Below are positions 1 to 12,500 of a DNA stretch of 64,000 nucleotides, piece after piece. Source of the DNA: Scyliorhinus canicula (taxonomy: Eukaryota). Below the pieces are notes generated by a model. It saw nothing but the letters and a program-made list of their open reading frames with translations. It had not been told where the DNA came from and did no database searches. The DNA is taken from assembly GCF_902713615.1 (NCBI RefSeq), contig NW_024055475.1, forward strand, positions 186,001 to 250,000. Direction: 5' to 3'. The translations under genes and the position numbers were made by a program. The number at the start of each line of letters is the position of its first letter. Positions within the stretch are counted from its first letter, which is position 1.

Positions 1-21
1 AGTCATCCCTTTATCTTTTGG

Positions 22-365
22 CAGGTGGTGGTGTAGTATTAATGTTATTGTACCAGTAATCCAAAGGCCCAGGCTAATTCTGTGGGGACTCAGGTACAAA
101 TCCCACTATGGTCAGTGGTGGAGTTTGAATTCAATTAATAAATCTGGAATACATAATAATGGTGACCATGAAATCCCCTCTGCATCATCAATGAAGGAAA
201 TCTGACATCCCTCCCTGGTCTCACCTACATGTGGCTCCAGTCAGACATCAACATGTCTGACTCTTCAGTTCCTTCTGAGCTGGCCCACTCAGTTCAACAG
301 CAATTAGGGACAGGGAACACATGGTGGTCTTGCCAGTGAGTCCCACATTCCATGGAAGAATAAAG
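22..365 (+). mobile_element. Decayed SINE (Deu-domain/SacSINE1-like)
   Basis: tRNA-like head (gtggtgtagtattaatg), central gaaggaaatctg..cctggtct..cctacatgtggctccag block, and AATAAA/A-rich tail. Related pieces lie on - at ~52040-52140 and ~53405-53520. Family name is from recall. Confidence 0.55.
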
Positions 366-2158
366 GGAAAAAAACATCAATGCACATGTTTATCTATTAC
401 AAAATGTATCCCCTGTCTGATAGTCTGATTGTATTTCTATCCATCATCACAATGTTATGAGGTGTGGGAGAGATCCTCCAGCCGGTTAGTGTTGTTAAGA
501 GAGGCTAGAAAAGCTGGATAACTCTCCTTTCCTTAGAGATGGGAACAGTTCAAATAAGTTCGCAATTTAAAACATAAAATGATCTCCAGTACTGTTGCTG
601 GGTAGATTTGTTTATAAATAGTCCTCGTTGACAATGTTAAGAGTTTGAAGTTGGCTTGCAGCCAAGCGGTCAGTACTGAGCAAACAGATCTTTGAAACAA
701 AAATCCAGATGCTTCCTGTAAACAACATTGAACATTCGAGCCTCCCTGACTGCAGGCGGCTGGATTGCTGCCAAATACTGTGTGGGGCAGATTAGCCTGA
801 ATATGAATGGATTAAATGGGATTTATCCATTCAAACAATAAATGTTTAGACGCACATGAAGTAAACGTTTTAAATAGTGTTCCATGCAAAGAAATATATT
901 CATTGAATGTTTTGTTCACAATGAGATTAAACACAATCGTAAAATAGTAACCTGACCAGATGCTAATTAATTTATATTAGTTCTGAGTAAAGATCACTCT
1001 AGTTATTAAAGTCCGTTTGTTAAGAACCTAATGACGTAGGAGTGAGTGGTGTTGATGGACCCAATCCACAAGTTCAATAAGATGACTTCAATTACAAAAC
1101 ATAAAATAAAATGAATTAAAAATAAATAAACTGCATTGAATTCGCGGGGGTTCCTAGAATATTCTCCGAACTCTTGATCTCCTTTAAAGGGAGTCATCTC
1201 TTATACCCGATTAATACCGTGTTATGTACAGTTTAATTTGTCTGGATTTCAATTGTTTAACAGTCCCTCTTATTGCTGCCAATGAATGGAGAAATGACCA
1301 GTCCATGACCTGCTTTAGTGGAGAATAAAACATTTATTCCTGTGATATTGTGTAATATGCCTCAAAGTCCTGATAACCGGTGTTCCCAACACCAGTGAAT
1401 GTTAAACAGCCGGTGGTCAGTAAAATTAGCGGCAATGATTTGGATGCTGAAGGATAACTTTGCTGATCGCCGCGTCCGTTCTGATTCATTAACTTCTTGT
1501 CAAAAGCTGGTGTGAATTTTATGTTTCGCTGTCAACTCACTGTTGAATTATCAGGCAAGCGGCTTCTTTTACCGCTAATGTTCACAGGACTGTCTGAGGC
1601 TCAGGGGCAAATCGAGAAATGTAAAGAGAGACATTGTGTAATGTTAGAGTTTCTTTTTGTCTGCAGACCCACATTGTACAGTGTTAGCCATCCGCACTGC
1701 AAATGCAATCACGTCATTCATTCCCTCATTTAGTTACATTATGTCTGATAAATTATACTTTATTGTTGTAATGGGATAGAGTCCCGGAGTACTGCCAATC
1801 TAACTGACAGACGATTTATTCCCCGATAATGTAATTTGATCTGCTTGTGTTCATCCCTTTATATTGGAGTGTAGAAATAAAGAGACTTAATATATAATGG
1901 AATTAGATTTTACTTAGAGATGTTCAAATATAATTTTCCTTTCGGATGAGGATAGACATTACAATGAATCAATTCAGCCAAACAATTATACCGATCTAAT
2001 GTATTTTTAATAGGCAGCAGGGTAGCATGGTGGTATACCCTATAGTAAATCTCTGTGTCCATTCTGTTGGGTGTGTGGAAGGTGGGACGTGGATCCAGTC
2101 ACCGCCTCCACCAGGGAATCAACAGGCGGCGCCTGGAAAGCCGCCCCCTTCTGCCGGG

Positions 2159-2166
2159 TATTTAAA
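2159..2166 (+). promoter_or_regulatory. TATA-like box of VH promoter
   Basis: TATTTAAA 92 nt upstream of the leader ATG, preceded by a GC-rich stretch. No Ig octamer seen nearby, as expected for shark IgH. Confidence 0.4.
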
Positions 2167-2257
2167 TGCCGCTCACTGGGACCCGAATCCAACAGTCCAG
2201 GAGCTGGTTTGTTCACTGAGTTCCTGACACAACCATTTCCCCCAAATGACCAGAAGG

Positions 2258-2303
2258 ATGAGGTGGGCCATTTCTCTCAGTTTGTTGCTGACTTTCTTAT
2301 CCC
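2258..2303 (+). CDS. IGHV: IgH VH leader exon (MRWAISLSLLLTFLS)
   Basis: ATG at 2258, hydrophobic signal peptide, phase-1 donor C|GTGAGT at 2304, 128-nt intron. Confidence 0.95.
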
Positions 2304-2431
2304 GTGAGTAGTTTTTATTGTCCAAGTCTCTCACTGTTACTGTCTCAGTGTTAGTCTCTCTCTGGAATGTTCCAGAGTCACCAATCATTTCACCAGCATT
2401 AATCCTCGGGCTTTTTGATATATTTTTACAG

Positions 2432-2737
2432 GTGTCCAGTCGGATATTGTGTTGACTCAGCCAGAGGCAGAGACCGGGCGTCCCGGAGGCTCCCTGACAC
2501 TGACCTGTAAAACCAGCGGCTTAAATCTCGGCACCGCTTACATGCACTGGGTCCGGCAGGTTCCCGGACAGGGGCTGGAGTGGCTGCTTCGGTACTATAA
2601 TTCATCCAGCAACTACTACGCCCCAGCAATTAAAGATCGATTCACTGCGTCCAAAGACACTTCAAACAACATCTTCTCTTTGGCCATGAGGAGCCTGAAG
2701 ACCGAAGACACCGCCATCTATTACTGTGCAGTAGGCC
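2432..2737 (+). CDS. IGHV: IgM-type VH segment (unrearranged)
   Basis: Acceptor tttttacag|GT; reads [56 protein letters not shown]. Both Ig Cys and the FR2 Trp are present; directly followed by an RSS. Confidence 0.97.
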
Positions 2738-2776
2738 CACAGCGAGAGGAATCAGGGCTGGACCCGCACAAGAACA
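2738..2776 (+). other. VH 3' RSS (23-nt spacer)
   Basis: CACAGCG + 23 nt + ACAAGAACA. Confidence 0.93.
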
Positions 2777-3146
2777 GCTCGAGAGGGAATTCAGCAACTT
2801 GCTCCTTAACCTGAAGGTCAGTACTTGATTCAAATGTAATATTAATGTCAGTGATCAGAGTCATTGCATACGCTGCTTCTTACATAACTAACACAGAGAA
2901 AATTAAACAGTAAAACTGAACACACCAATCGATATAATAGGATGAGCTTTTGTCTGATTATATTTACTGTTAACAGTTTCATCAATGAGAGGCTTGGCTA
3001 TATTCCTAGCTTTATTATTTCCGATACTTGGGAAAATCTATGTACATTGGGTTTGATAAACTACTGTCTAAATTGTAAATTAGATCAGAAGTAAACGTGT
3101 ATTTGAAGTGAATATTGAGCGGCAGGACTGAACAGAGAGTGAGTGC

Positions 3147-3224
3147 AGTTTTTGTGCGGGTGTCTGTCACTGTGACTACAGTGGGTCACAGTGCTGTGCA
3201 CAGCGACATCCTCATACAAAAACC
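3147..3224 (+). other. D1 segment with 12/22 RSSs
   Basis: AGTTTTTGT-12-CACTGTG | ACTACAGTGGGT (3175-3186; all three frames open: TTVG/LQW/YSG) | CACAGTG-22-ACAAAAACC. Confidence 0.95.
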
Positions 3225-3535
3225 TCAGAGAAAGAGCTTGTTCAAATTGGTGATCAGCGCCACAGCAGGATCGTCAAAGTAAATGAGTTTTAAATAAAAC
3301 AAAGTTTGGAAGTAATATTAGTTTGCAAAAAGGTATAAAAATCTTCCACTTTATCTCTGTTGACCGACTCGCTAAATCTGCACAGAGGGTTTAAAAGTGT
3401 CCCGATCCTCTTTATAAATGTAATGACCAGGAGAAGCTGAAATAACTCACCCATTCGCTCTCGGAAGAGACAGAGTTAGTTTTTGAGGGAGCAGTGAAAT
3501 TAAATATCTGTATTTTATAGTTAACAGTCTGCCGC

Positions 3536-3601
3536 AGTATTTGACACGCTGTGTCTCACTGTGATAACTGGGGCACAGCAGTTACTGTCAATACAAAAAG
3601 C
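3536..3601 (+). other. D2 segment with 12/12 RSSs
   Basis: AGTATTTGA-12-CACTGTG | ATAACTGGGG (3564-3573) | CACAGCA-12-ACAAAAAGC. The 5' nonamer is degenerate. Confidence 0.93.
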
Positions 3602-3922
3602 CCCTCAGCACTAATTCACTGAGGCTGGCTCAGTGCTCGCTTTTACAATCCAACTTTATTCACAGTGAAGCATTATTTGATTCCAGCAATGAGAAAATAA
3701 TAAGAATTAATGTGGAAAATTGGTGGTCGTTATTTAGTCACAGTTGGTATTTTCAATAACATTTCCATGTCTGTGAAATGTAAAACATTCGGTCATTTAT
3801 GAAGAGAGAACGGTACCACAAATATTAATATAATTTCCTGAAAATTAATCGTGAATTTTCTTTGCCGTTGGTTTGTGAATATTTAAAATAATGGTGGATT
3901 TCTGTCTATTTTATGCAGGTGC

Positions 3923-3961
3923 GGTTATTGTATGGAGCTGCCCAGGGAATGTGACACTGTG
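3923..3961 (+). other. JH 5' RSS (23-nt spacer)
   Basis: GGTTATTGT + 23 nt + CACTGTG. Confidence 0.93.
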
Positions 3962-4009
3962 ACGCCATGGGCCACTGGGGACAAGGCACCATGGTGACGG
4001 TGACTGCAG
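3962..4009 (+). CDS. IGHJ: JH segment (AMGHWGQGTMVTVTA)
   Basis: WGxG motif; phase-1 donor G|GTAAGA at 4010, compatible with the CH1 acceptor. Confidence 0.96.
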
Positions 4010-4189
4010 GTAAGAACCATTCCGTCATTTACCAACTGTGCTACTGTATTTGTTTTATATTTTTCTGCATTTTCAAAATCCATGCGTTCACTGAAATGTG
4101 TTTTGGTGGATCATGTATTGGGATGTTGTTGCAATGTTTCATTTGATTCTGCTGAAAGGGGGATATAGAATCCCGCGGTTTCTTGACAG

Positions 4190-5500
4190 AAAGATGCTGC
4201 TGAGGGATTCAGTCCCTGTTTGCTCTGATCTGATGTTTATTTGCTGAGGATACTGTGTGGTTCGGTTACTTTAAATACAAAACGTCTGTTTGTACGATGT
4301 TTAATCTCGGCTCTATCCAATGTCTACAGTTTGTACCGTCCACCGCACAAGTGTGTGAGATCGATCCCAACATTGACAAAATGTGCTAAAGTTTCTGTAC
4401 TATCTTATTGAACATGTTCTGCTTACTGAAAGTGCTGATGATATTATTCAAGTTTTCTGTTTAGTTTACCTGTTCATTCATTTGATGACATGAAGGTTTG
4501 GTGCATTCTAAATTGAGATTTTTTGCAATGTTACATTCGATTCTTTTGGAAGTGTTTTGTAGAATTGAGCTGCTTCTCTATGATGTTTCAGTGATGTGAT
4601 TTGGTGTTTTCCTGCTGAGGAATTTTTTGGGTGACTTTGTGTAGGAAAGTTTGTGAAAAGGTTTGGTGTGTCTGTATTGTATCAACTCGTTGACACTGAG
4701 CGGTGACACTGAGCGGTTGCACGGTTTGTGATTGAATGTAAAGGGTATACGTGTTGGAAACTGCTTGTCGCTGGATTGTCGGCAGAGATCAGGGAGGCTG
4801 TTTCTGCATCTTGAAAAAAACTGAAAATTGCAAATTAATCTAAGCCACGTTTTACCACAAAGCCTTTCAGAGCTCAGGTTGTTGCTGCAATCACAGTTTG
4901 CCGTTTGTGCAAAGTTTAATCTCGGTGGCATCTGATGGTTGCACCTTTTACCATCAACTGCACACATTAAAAGCATTTAAATGTGTTTGAAAAATGACTC
5001 AGTATGAAAAAAATGGTTAAGTTTCAATATTTAATTGTTGTTAATATTCGAGCACCTCGCAATGTTATTCCACATTTCTGTTTAGTTTAATAATTCATAC
5101 ATTTGGTGACCAGCTGGTTTGCTGGATATTGATATTTTCTTGCAATGTTAAGTTTGATCCTGTTCGATGTAGAATTGAGCTGCTTCTCCATAAACGGGGT
5201 TCAGTCCTTCATTGATGTGATTTAGTGTTTTGTTCTGCTGAGGAGATTGTGTATCTGGGTGACTTTAAATTATTCAGATCTGTCAAACGGTTCAACGTTT
5301 CTGCATTGTTTCTGCATTGTTTAAACTCGGTGACACTGAGCGGTTACACGTTTTCTGGTTGAATGCAAACAGTCTCCGCGTTTGAAAATGCTTGAAGGGC
5401 GATTGTCCGCAGAAAACAGCCAGGCTTAAGAAAATAATCGAATAAAGATATATTGATGCATTTTGTAATTTTAACTGGTGCTTCCAGATTGAACGAAATA
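4190..5500 (+). repeat. Old diverged tandem duplication (~620-bp period) plus partial third copy, 3' of JH
   Basis: Shared anchors: gtttaatctcgg 4299/4914; ttctgtttagttta ~4455/5076; gtagaattgagctgcttctc 4559/5169; gctgagga 4243/4614/5237; tgacactgagcggtt ~4703/5331. Confidence 0.75.
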
Positions 5501-7529
5501 GTGACTGAAACGCCCATACAAAACATAGTAACATTTATATAATTCAAACAATTGCAATGCGGTGATACAACTCTATATTAACCAAGGGTTATTTTAGATT
5601 AATATAATTCATCATTAATCACCTTTCACAATCCTGCTGTGTTCTGCACGAGGTTGACATGGCCGGAAAGGTTTCTAGGCTGGAAATACTTTGTAGTTCC
5701 AGTTATTCTATTATTTCAGTGCCGCTGCAACCATATTATTCCTTCACTGTAATGCGTAGTTGGATAGCGAGGGAATTATCACTAATCGAACCTGAAACAG
5801 TTTTCTGAGATGTGGAAGTCGCTGCCAATCAATGAATTGTTCCGATGATTTTATTTATATTGTAGGAAAGTTCAGATTGCATATGGCATTAGATTGAAAA
5901 GTAAAAGCTTGAATGTCAAACCGATTTATTTATTTACAAAAGGTTAACAGTACCTTTGCATTTTATAATGACATCCTGTCTCCCACGCTGTGCTCCACAC
6001 ACGATAGAATTATAGGAAGAACAGATGATAGGAAAGAAAGAATGATTATATCTTAGCTTTAGGCTTAAATTTTATTCAATGCTAAATTCAACAACAAATT
6101 TTCCACTCCACTTGCTCATAATGGGTCAGTTTTGCAAATGATTTGAATAAATATTACTGAGCTGTTCTCGTTATATTCATTACTTTCTGGGAATAGATGG
6201 AGTTTATGATTTATCAATGTGTTCAGAAAGGCGCAGATTTTACACATTTGTAGGTCGAATAGAGCAATTGGAGTAAAAAATAAAATAAAATGTGAATAGA
6301 GTCAACTAAATGTTAAGATGTTTTCATCGAGTAATTTGGAGTTTATTGTTCAACATTGTTTGATTGTTAGGTTGTTTTAATTAAATCCCAATTATTTCAC
6401 AAAGCTCTGGGTAAAAACAAATTGGGGATTATTGAATGCTATTTTTATCATATTTATTATTATAGTACAGATAATCGAATAAAGAATTAGCTGACAATTA
6501 ACATTAACTTACAGTACAATATCAGTGAGAACTAATTCAGCATAAATTACCTCCTACAATTGAGTTGTATCCTGGCGTGCAATATCTCAAAGGTTTTAAA
6601 GAGTTTTAATAATATCTGTAATTAATTTAGGAAACAATACATTTCTTTACACTGCTGTGTGCAGCTCAGTTCTTTTGCTGATTACATTCTTTTGCCCTGA
6701 TTATTTTGCTGATTATATTTAGTTCTGTTTTTAGATCATATTAGTGGGTAATGTGAATATTTTCTGGTTTGTTTAATTATTGCCCTGTCACTGTGTCTCT
6801 GTTAAGTCATTAATCTACCCTGAATCTGTAATATTTAATCTGCTCATTTTCAGCAAAACTACTTTTTGCCCAATTGTCGAGTTTTGAGATAGACAGAGAG
6901 AAATAGTTAAAAACCGAATGCAGTTTTGAAATTAATGTCAGTTTAATTTCAAATAAATTACTGAATTATTGTTGTCGGAAGTTGGCCATTGATAAATTAG
7001 AATCAAACAGTTTCATGAAACTGACAGATTGAACAGATCTATCTGCTGGAACTCGATTGTTGTCATTTGTGTCTGTTCAGTTTCTGTGCGTGCGGTCACT
7101 GTGCTGGGACCATGAATCTTCCTGACTGGTTGTAAATCTTCTAATTCATTTTCCAGTATTTCAGGGAGTGCAATTTGAGCAAGTCCTTCAATAAAACTTG
7201 TATATGTGTGGAATGTGGAAATTGTACTTGATGTTTGACCAGGCGACTCAGAAAGGGGATTCCAAACCCAGATTGTGACAGTCAGAAAGAATTCAGCAAC
7301 GCCAGACAGGCTGGAGAAGGAGATTTGGTTGATTTTTAAGCAGCGATATATCGGTCTTGGGAATTTTCGATTCGGTAATGCAGAGAGCGATTTATTGGGT
7401 TACATTCCGTGCTATGGCCGTCCTTGATCTATTTAATGCGTCAGTGCAGCGGAGAAACCCCTTTGCATTTTATTTGTCATCCTATCCTAGGATTCTGGAG
7501 GCGCTGGCAAGGCTAGATTTTATTATGTA

Positions 7530-7700
7530 TGCCTAAGGGTTCTTGGGAGCATCCTTGAATAGCTGCAGTCCATGTGGCGGAGGTATATCTGCAATATTGT
7601 CAGGGAGGGAGTTCCAGAATTTTGAGTCGGCGACAGTGAAGGATTGGCAGTATATTTCCAAATCAGGATGGTGAGTGTCTTGGAAGGGAACTTGCAGGTT
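7530..7700 (-). mobile_element. LINE 3'-end remnant
   Basis: Resembles a common elasmobranch LINE 3' region (ttccagaattttgag..cagtgaagga..tatatttccaaatcaggatgg). Family uncertain. Confidence 0.4.
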
Positions 7701-7719
7701 TTGGTGCACCCATGCATCG

Positions 7720-9000
7720 ATACAAACGCACACATACTCTCGCTCTCTCACACGCATTTTCTCTCACATCCTCACACAAACTAATTCTCTCACGCACGCA
7801 CATAATCACAATACTTCTTTCAAACATACACACTGTGCCTCACATGCAATCACACACTCACAATCTCACTTTCAGACACACTGTGATGATCTCTCACTCA
7901 CACATTCACTCACACGCTCTCTCACTCACACACGCTCTATCTCACACGCACTCTCTTTCACCAAATCTCTGACACACCTTGCCTCACTCTCACACCCACT
8001 CTCAAACAAACAGACCCTCTCCCTCACATACATGCATAATCGCTCTTCAAACGTAGCATTTTTTCTTTCAGGCTCTCTCACACACACATTCCCTCTTATA
8101 TACATATACAATATCTCAGACGCACACAAACTCGCCAACACATTATTACTCTCTCACTCTCTCGCTCTCGCGCACTCTCACACGCGCACCCTGGCACATG
8201 CCCTCTCTCTCTCTCATGGACACTGTCTCATTCTCTCTCTGACACACAATCTATCTCTTTCAGGCATGCAGTATCTCACACCCTCTCTCTCACATTCTCT
8301 CTCTCTCTGACACACACTCTCTCACACTCGCATTCATTCTCTCATACACTCCCTCTCGATCACAGACACACTATCTCAGACACACAGATCTCTCTCTCCC
8401 ACACACAGTCTGACATCCATAATCGCTCTTCAAACAGAATCATTCCTTCTTTCACACACACAATCTCAAACATACTATCTCTCTCCCTTTCTCTCACACA
8501 CACTTCCACAGACACACACACGCACCCTGTCACACACATATATTCTCTCACCTGCTCTCTCTCATGCACAGTGTCACGTGTCTCTCTCACACAATCTCTC
8601 TCTTTCGCACCTGCACACTCATACACAAACACACACATACTCACACAAACACTTATTTCTCTCACACACACAAACACTGGTACATACATATCTCGTAAAC
8701 ACACTTTCTTTCACTCAAACACAGACATGTTCTTTGGCACACTCTCACAGGTTCTCTCATAAACACACAAACTCGGCCGCACAATCTGTCTCTCTCTGAC
8801 ACACGTGGTCTCTCTCTCTCACTGTCTGAGGTACACACCCACATGTTCTCTAATCTCTCACACACACTCAATCATACACACACTATCTCGAACTCACACA
8901 CAAAATCTCACACACACACATCCCCACACACACACTCACACAGAAATTCTCCCTTGCAAATTAATTTATTCTCCCTCTAACACCTATCTCACATACATAC
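7720..9000 (+). repeat. Degenerate (CA)/(CT) low-complexity tract
   Basis: G-poor cacact/ctctct-type sequence with no fixed period. Confidence 0.85.
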
Positions 9001-9332
9001 ACGTACTCTGTCGGAGTGTGGTCTGTTCAGTTTCTGAAAGTATTAAAGCAGCTGCCCAGTGATCTACACTGCTGTCTGACTTTACACAGCCGGTGTTACT
9101 GAAAGCTGATCAATGTGGAGAATCAGGACAGGATGGATGGAGAGGAAGAGTCGGTGGAGCCCCAGCTCGGCTGTGGACAAGACAAAAGGAAGCTGAGTCT
9201 GAGCGGAAAATCATCCAGAGACACATCGTCCTAATGGCTGGGAGTACCTGTGAATCATCACTCAGCCACGGTCACTCACTCACTCACTCACTCACTCACT
9301 CCCACACCCTCACTCACAATCCTCACTCACTC

Positions 9333-9558
9333 CTTTTTAAAAATAAATTTGGAGTACCCAATCCATTTTTTCTAATTAAGGGGCAATTTAGCGTGGCCAA
9401 TCCACCTACCCTGCACATCTTCGGGTTGTGGGGATGAAACCCATGCAAACACAGGGAGAATGTGCAAACTCCACATGGACAGTGACCCAGAGCCCGAATC
9501 GAACCTGGGACCTGGACGCTGTGAGGCAGCAGGGCTACCACTGCACCACCATGCTGCC
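9333..9558 (-). mobile_element. V-SINE/HE1-like tRNA-derived SINE
   Basis: On -: gggcagcatggtgg..ggttcgattcggg..gtgtggagtttgcacattctccc..gtggattggccacgctaaattgcccct, AT-rich tail. Confidence 0.85.
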
Positions 9559-9559
9559 C

Positions 9560-12500
9560 TTTCACTCACTCCTTCACACACACTTACCCACTGTCACTCA
9601 CTCACACAGCCTCACTCACTCACACACACATCCTCACACACCCTCACTCACCCACTCACTCACTCACACCCACCCTCACTCACACACCCTCACTCACACA
9701 TCCTCACACACTAATGCACACTCCCTCACTCACACGCCTTCACTCACTCACACACCCTCACTCACCCACCCTGACACACTCACCCACCCCCACTCACACA
9801 CCCTCATTCACCAACCCTCACTTATCCACCCTCACTCACACATCTTCACTCATCCACCCTCACACACCCACCCTCACTCACACACACACTCACCCACCTT
9901 CACTTACACGCACTCACCACCCTCCCTGAATCTCCCTCATTCACAGACTCTCATTTCCACACCCTCACTTACTCCCACACCCTCACTCAGCACCCTCACT
10001 CACACACCCTCACTCACACACCCTCACTGACTCCCACACCCTCACTCACACATCCTCACTCACACATACTCACACGCACTCGCCACGCTCCCTGAATCTC
10101 CCTCACTCTCCTACACTCCCTCGCCACCCTCACTCACTCACACACCCTCACTCACTCCCACACCCTCACTCACACACCCTCACTCACTCACACACCCTCA
10201 CTCACACATCCTCACTCACACATACTCACACACACTCGCCACCCTCCCTGAATCTCCCTCACTCTCCTACACTCCCTCGCCACCCTCACTCACTCACACA
10301 CCCTCATCCACTCCCACACCCTCACTCACACATCCTCACTCACACACCCTCACTCACACATCCTCACTTACACATACTCACACACACTCGCCACCCTCCC
10401 TGAATCTCCCTCACTCTCCTACACTCCCTCGCCCACCCTCACTCACTCACACACCCTCACTCACACACCCTCACTCACACACCCTCACTCACACACCCTC
10501 ACTCACACAGCCTCACTCACACACCATCACTCACACACCATCACTCACACAGCCTCACTCACACACCCTCACTCACACACCCTCACTCACACACCCTCAC
10601 TCACACACCCTCACTCACACACCCTCACTCACACAGCCTCACTCACACACCCTCACTCACACACCCTCACTCACACAGCCTCACTCACACACCCTCACTC
10701 ACACACCCTCACTCACCCACACCCCTCACTGGCTCATCCACCCTCACTCACACAGCCTCACTCACTCACTCACACATCCTCACACACCCACACTCGCTCA
10801 CCCACTCTTACTCACTCACAACCCTCACTGACTCATCCACCCTCACTCACACAGCCTCACTCACTCACACACACATCCTCACATACCCTCACTCACACAC
10901 CCTCACTCACTCACACACCCTCACTCACACATCCTCACTCACTCACACCCCTCACTCACCCACCCTCACTCACCCAGCCTCACTCACACAGGCTCACTCA
11001 CTCACACACACATCCTCACACACCCTCACTCACTCACCCACTCACTCACTCACACCGACCCTCACTCACACACCCTCACTCACTCATCCTCACACACTAA
11101 TGCACACTCCCTCACTCACACGCCTTCACTCACTCACACACCCTCACTCACCCACCCTGACACACTCACCCACCCCCACTCACACACCCTCATTCACCAA
11201 CCCTCACTTATCCACCCTCACTCACACATCTTCACTCATCCACCCTCACACACCCACCCTCACTCACACACACTCACTCACCCACCTTCACTTACACGCA
11301 CTCACCACCCTCCCTGAATCTCCCTCATTCACAGACTCTCATTTCCACACACTCACTCACTCCCACACACTCACTCAGCACCATCACTCACACACCCTCA
11401 CTCACATACCCTCACTGACTCCCACACCCTCACTCACACACCCTCACTCACATACCCTCACACGCACTTGCCACGCTCCCTGAATCACCCTTACTCTCCT
11501 ACACTCCCTCGCCACCCTCACTCACTCACACACCCTCACTCAATCCCACACCCTCACTCACACATCCTCACTCCCACACCCTCACTCACACATCCTCACT
11601 CTTACATACTCACACACACTCGCCACCCTCCCTGAATCTCCCTCACTCTCCTACACTCCCTCGCCCACCCTCACTCACTTTCACACCCTCACTCACTCAC
11701 TCATCCTCACTCACACACCCTCACTCACACACCCTCATTCACTCACACACTCACTCACACACCCTCACTCACTCACACCTGTCACTGACCCACCCACCCT
11801 CATCCACCCTCACTCACATATCCTCACTCACACGCACTCACCACCCTCCCTGAATCTCCCTCACACTCCTACACTCCCCCGCCCACCCTCACTCACTCAC
11901 ACTCCCTCACTCATTCACACACCATCACTCACACACCCTCACTCACACCCCCTCACTCACACACCCTCAGTCACACACCCTCACTCACACACCCTCAATC
12001 ACACACCCTCACTCACACGCCCTCACTGACTCCTACACCCTCATTCACACATCCTCACTCACACATACTCACACGCACTCGCCACGCTCCCTGAATCTCC
12101 CTCACTCTCCTACACTCCCTCGCCAACCTCACTCACTCACACACCCTCACTCACTCCCACACCCTCACTCACACACCCTCACTCGCTCACACACCCTCAC
12201 TCACACATCCTCACTCCCACACCCTCACTCACACATCCTCACTCACACACCCTCACTCACACATCCTCACTCACACATACTCGCACACACTCGCCACCCT
12301 CCCTGAATCTCCCTCACTCTCGTACACTCCCTCGCCCACCCTCACTCACTCACACCCCTCACTCACACACCCTCACTCACCCACCCTCACTCACTCACAC
12401 CCCTCACTGACTCATCCACCCTCACTCACACAGCCTCACTCACTCACTCACTCATCCTCACTCACACACCCTCACTCACACACCCTCATTCACTCACACA

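Noticed and set aside
1006-2388. Short ORFs upstream of and overlapping the VH promoter/leader
   Set aside because: Under 80 aa, no motifs, several with non-ATG starts.
2258-4009. Germline-joined or CH2-less (IgM1gj-like) gene
   Set aside because: V, D1, D2 and J are separate with full RSSs, and four CH exons are present.
6789-6795. CACTGTG heptamer in the J-C intron (also CACAGCG at 18634 in CH1)
   Set aside because: No acceptable nonamer at 12 or 23 nt.
7255-7368. Two near-NF-kB sites (GGGGATTCCA, GGGAATTTTC)
   Set aside because: Each has a mismatch to consensus; chance level without conservation data.
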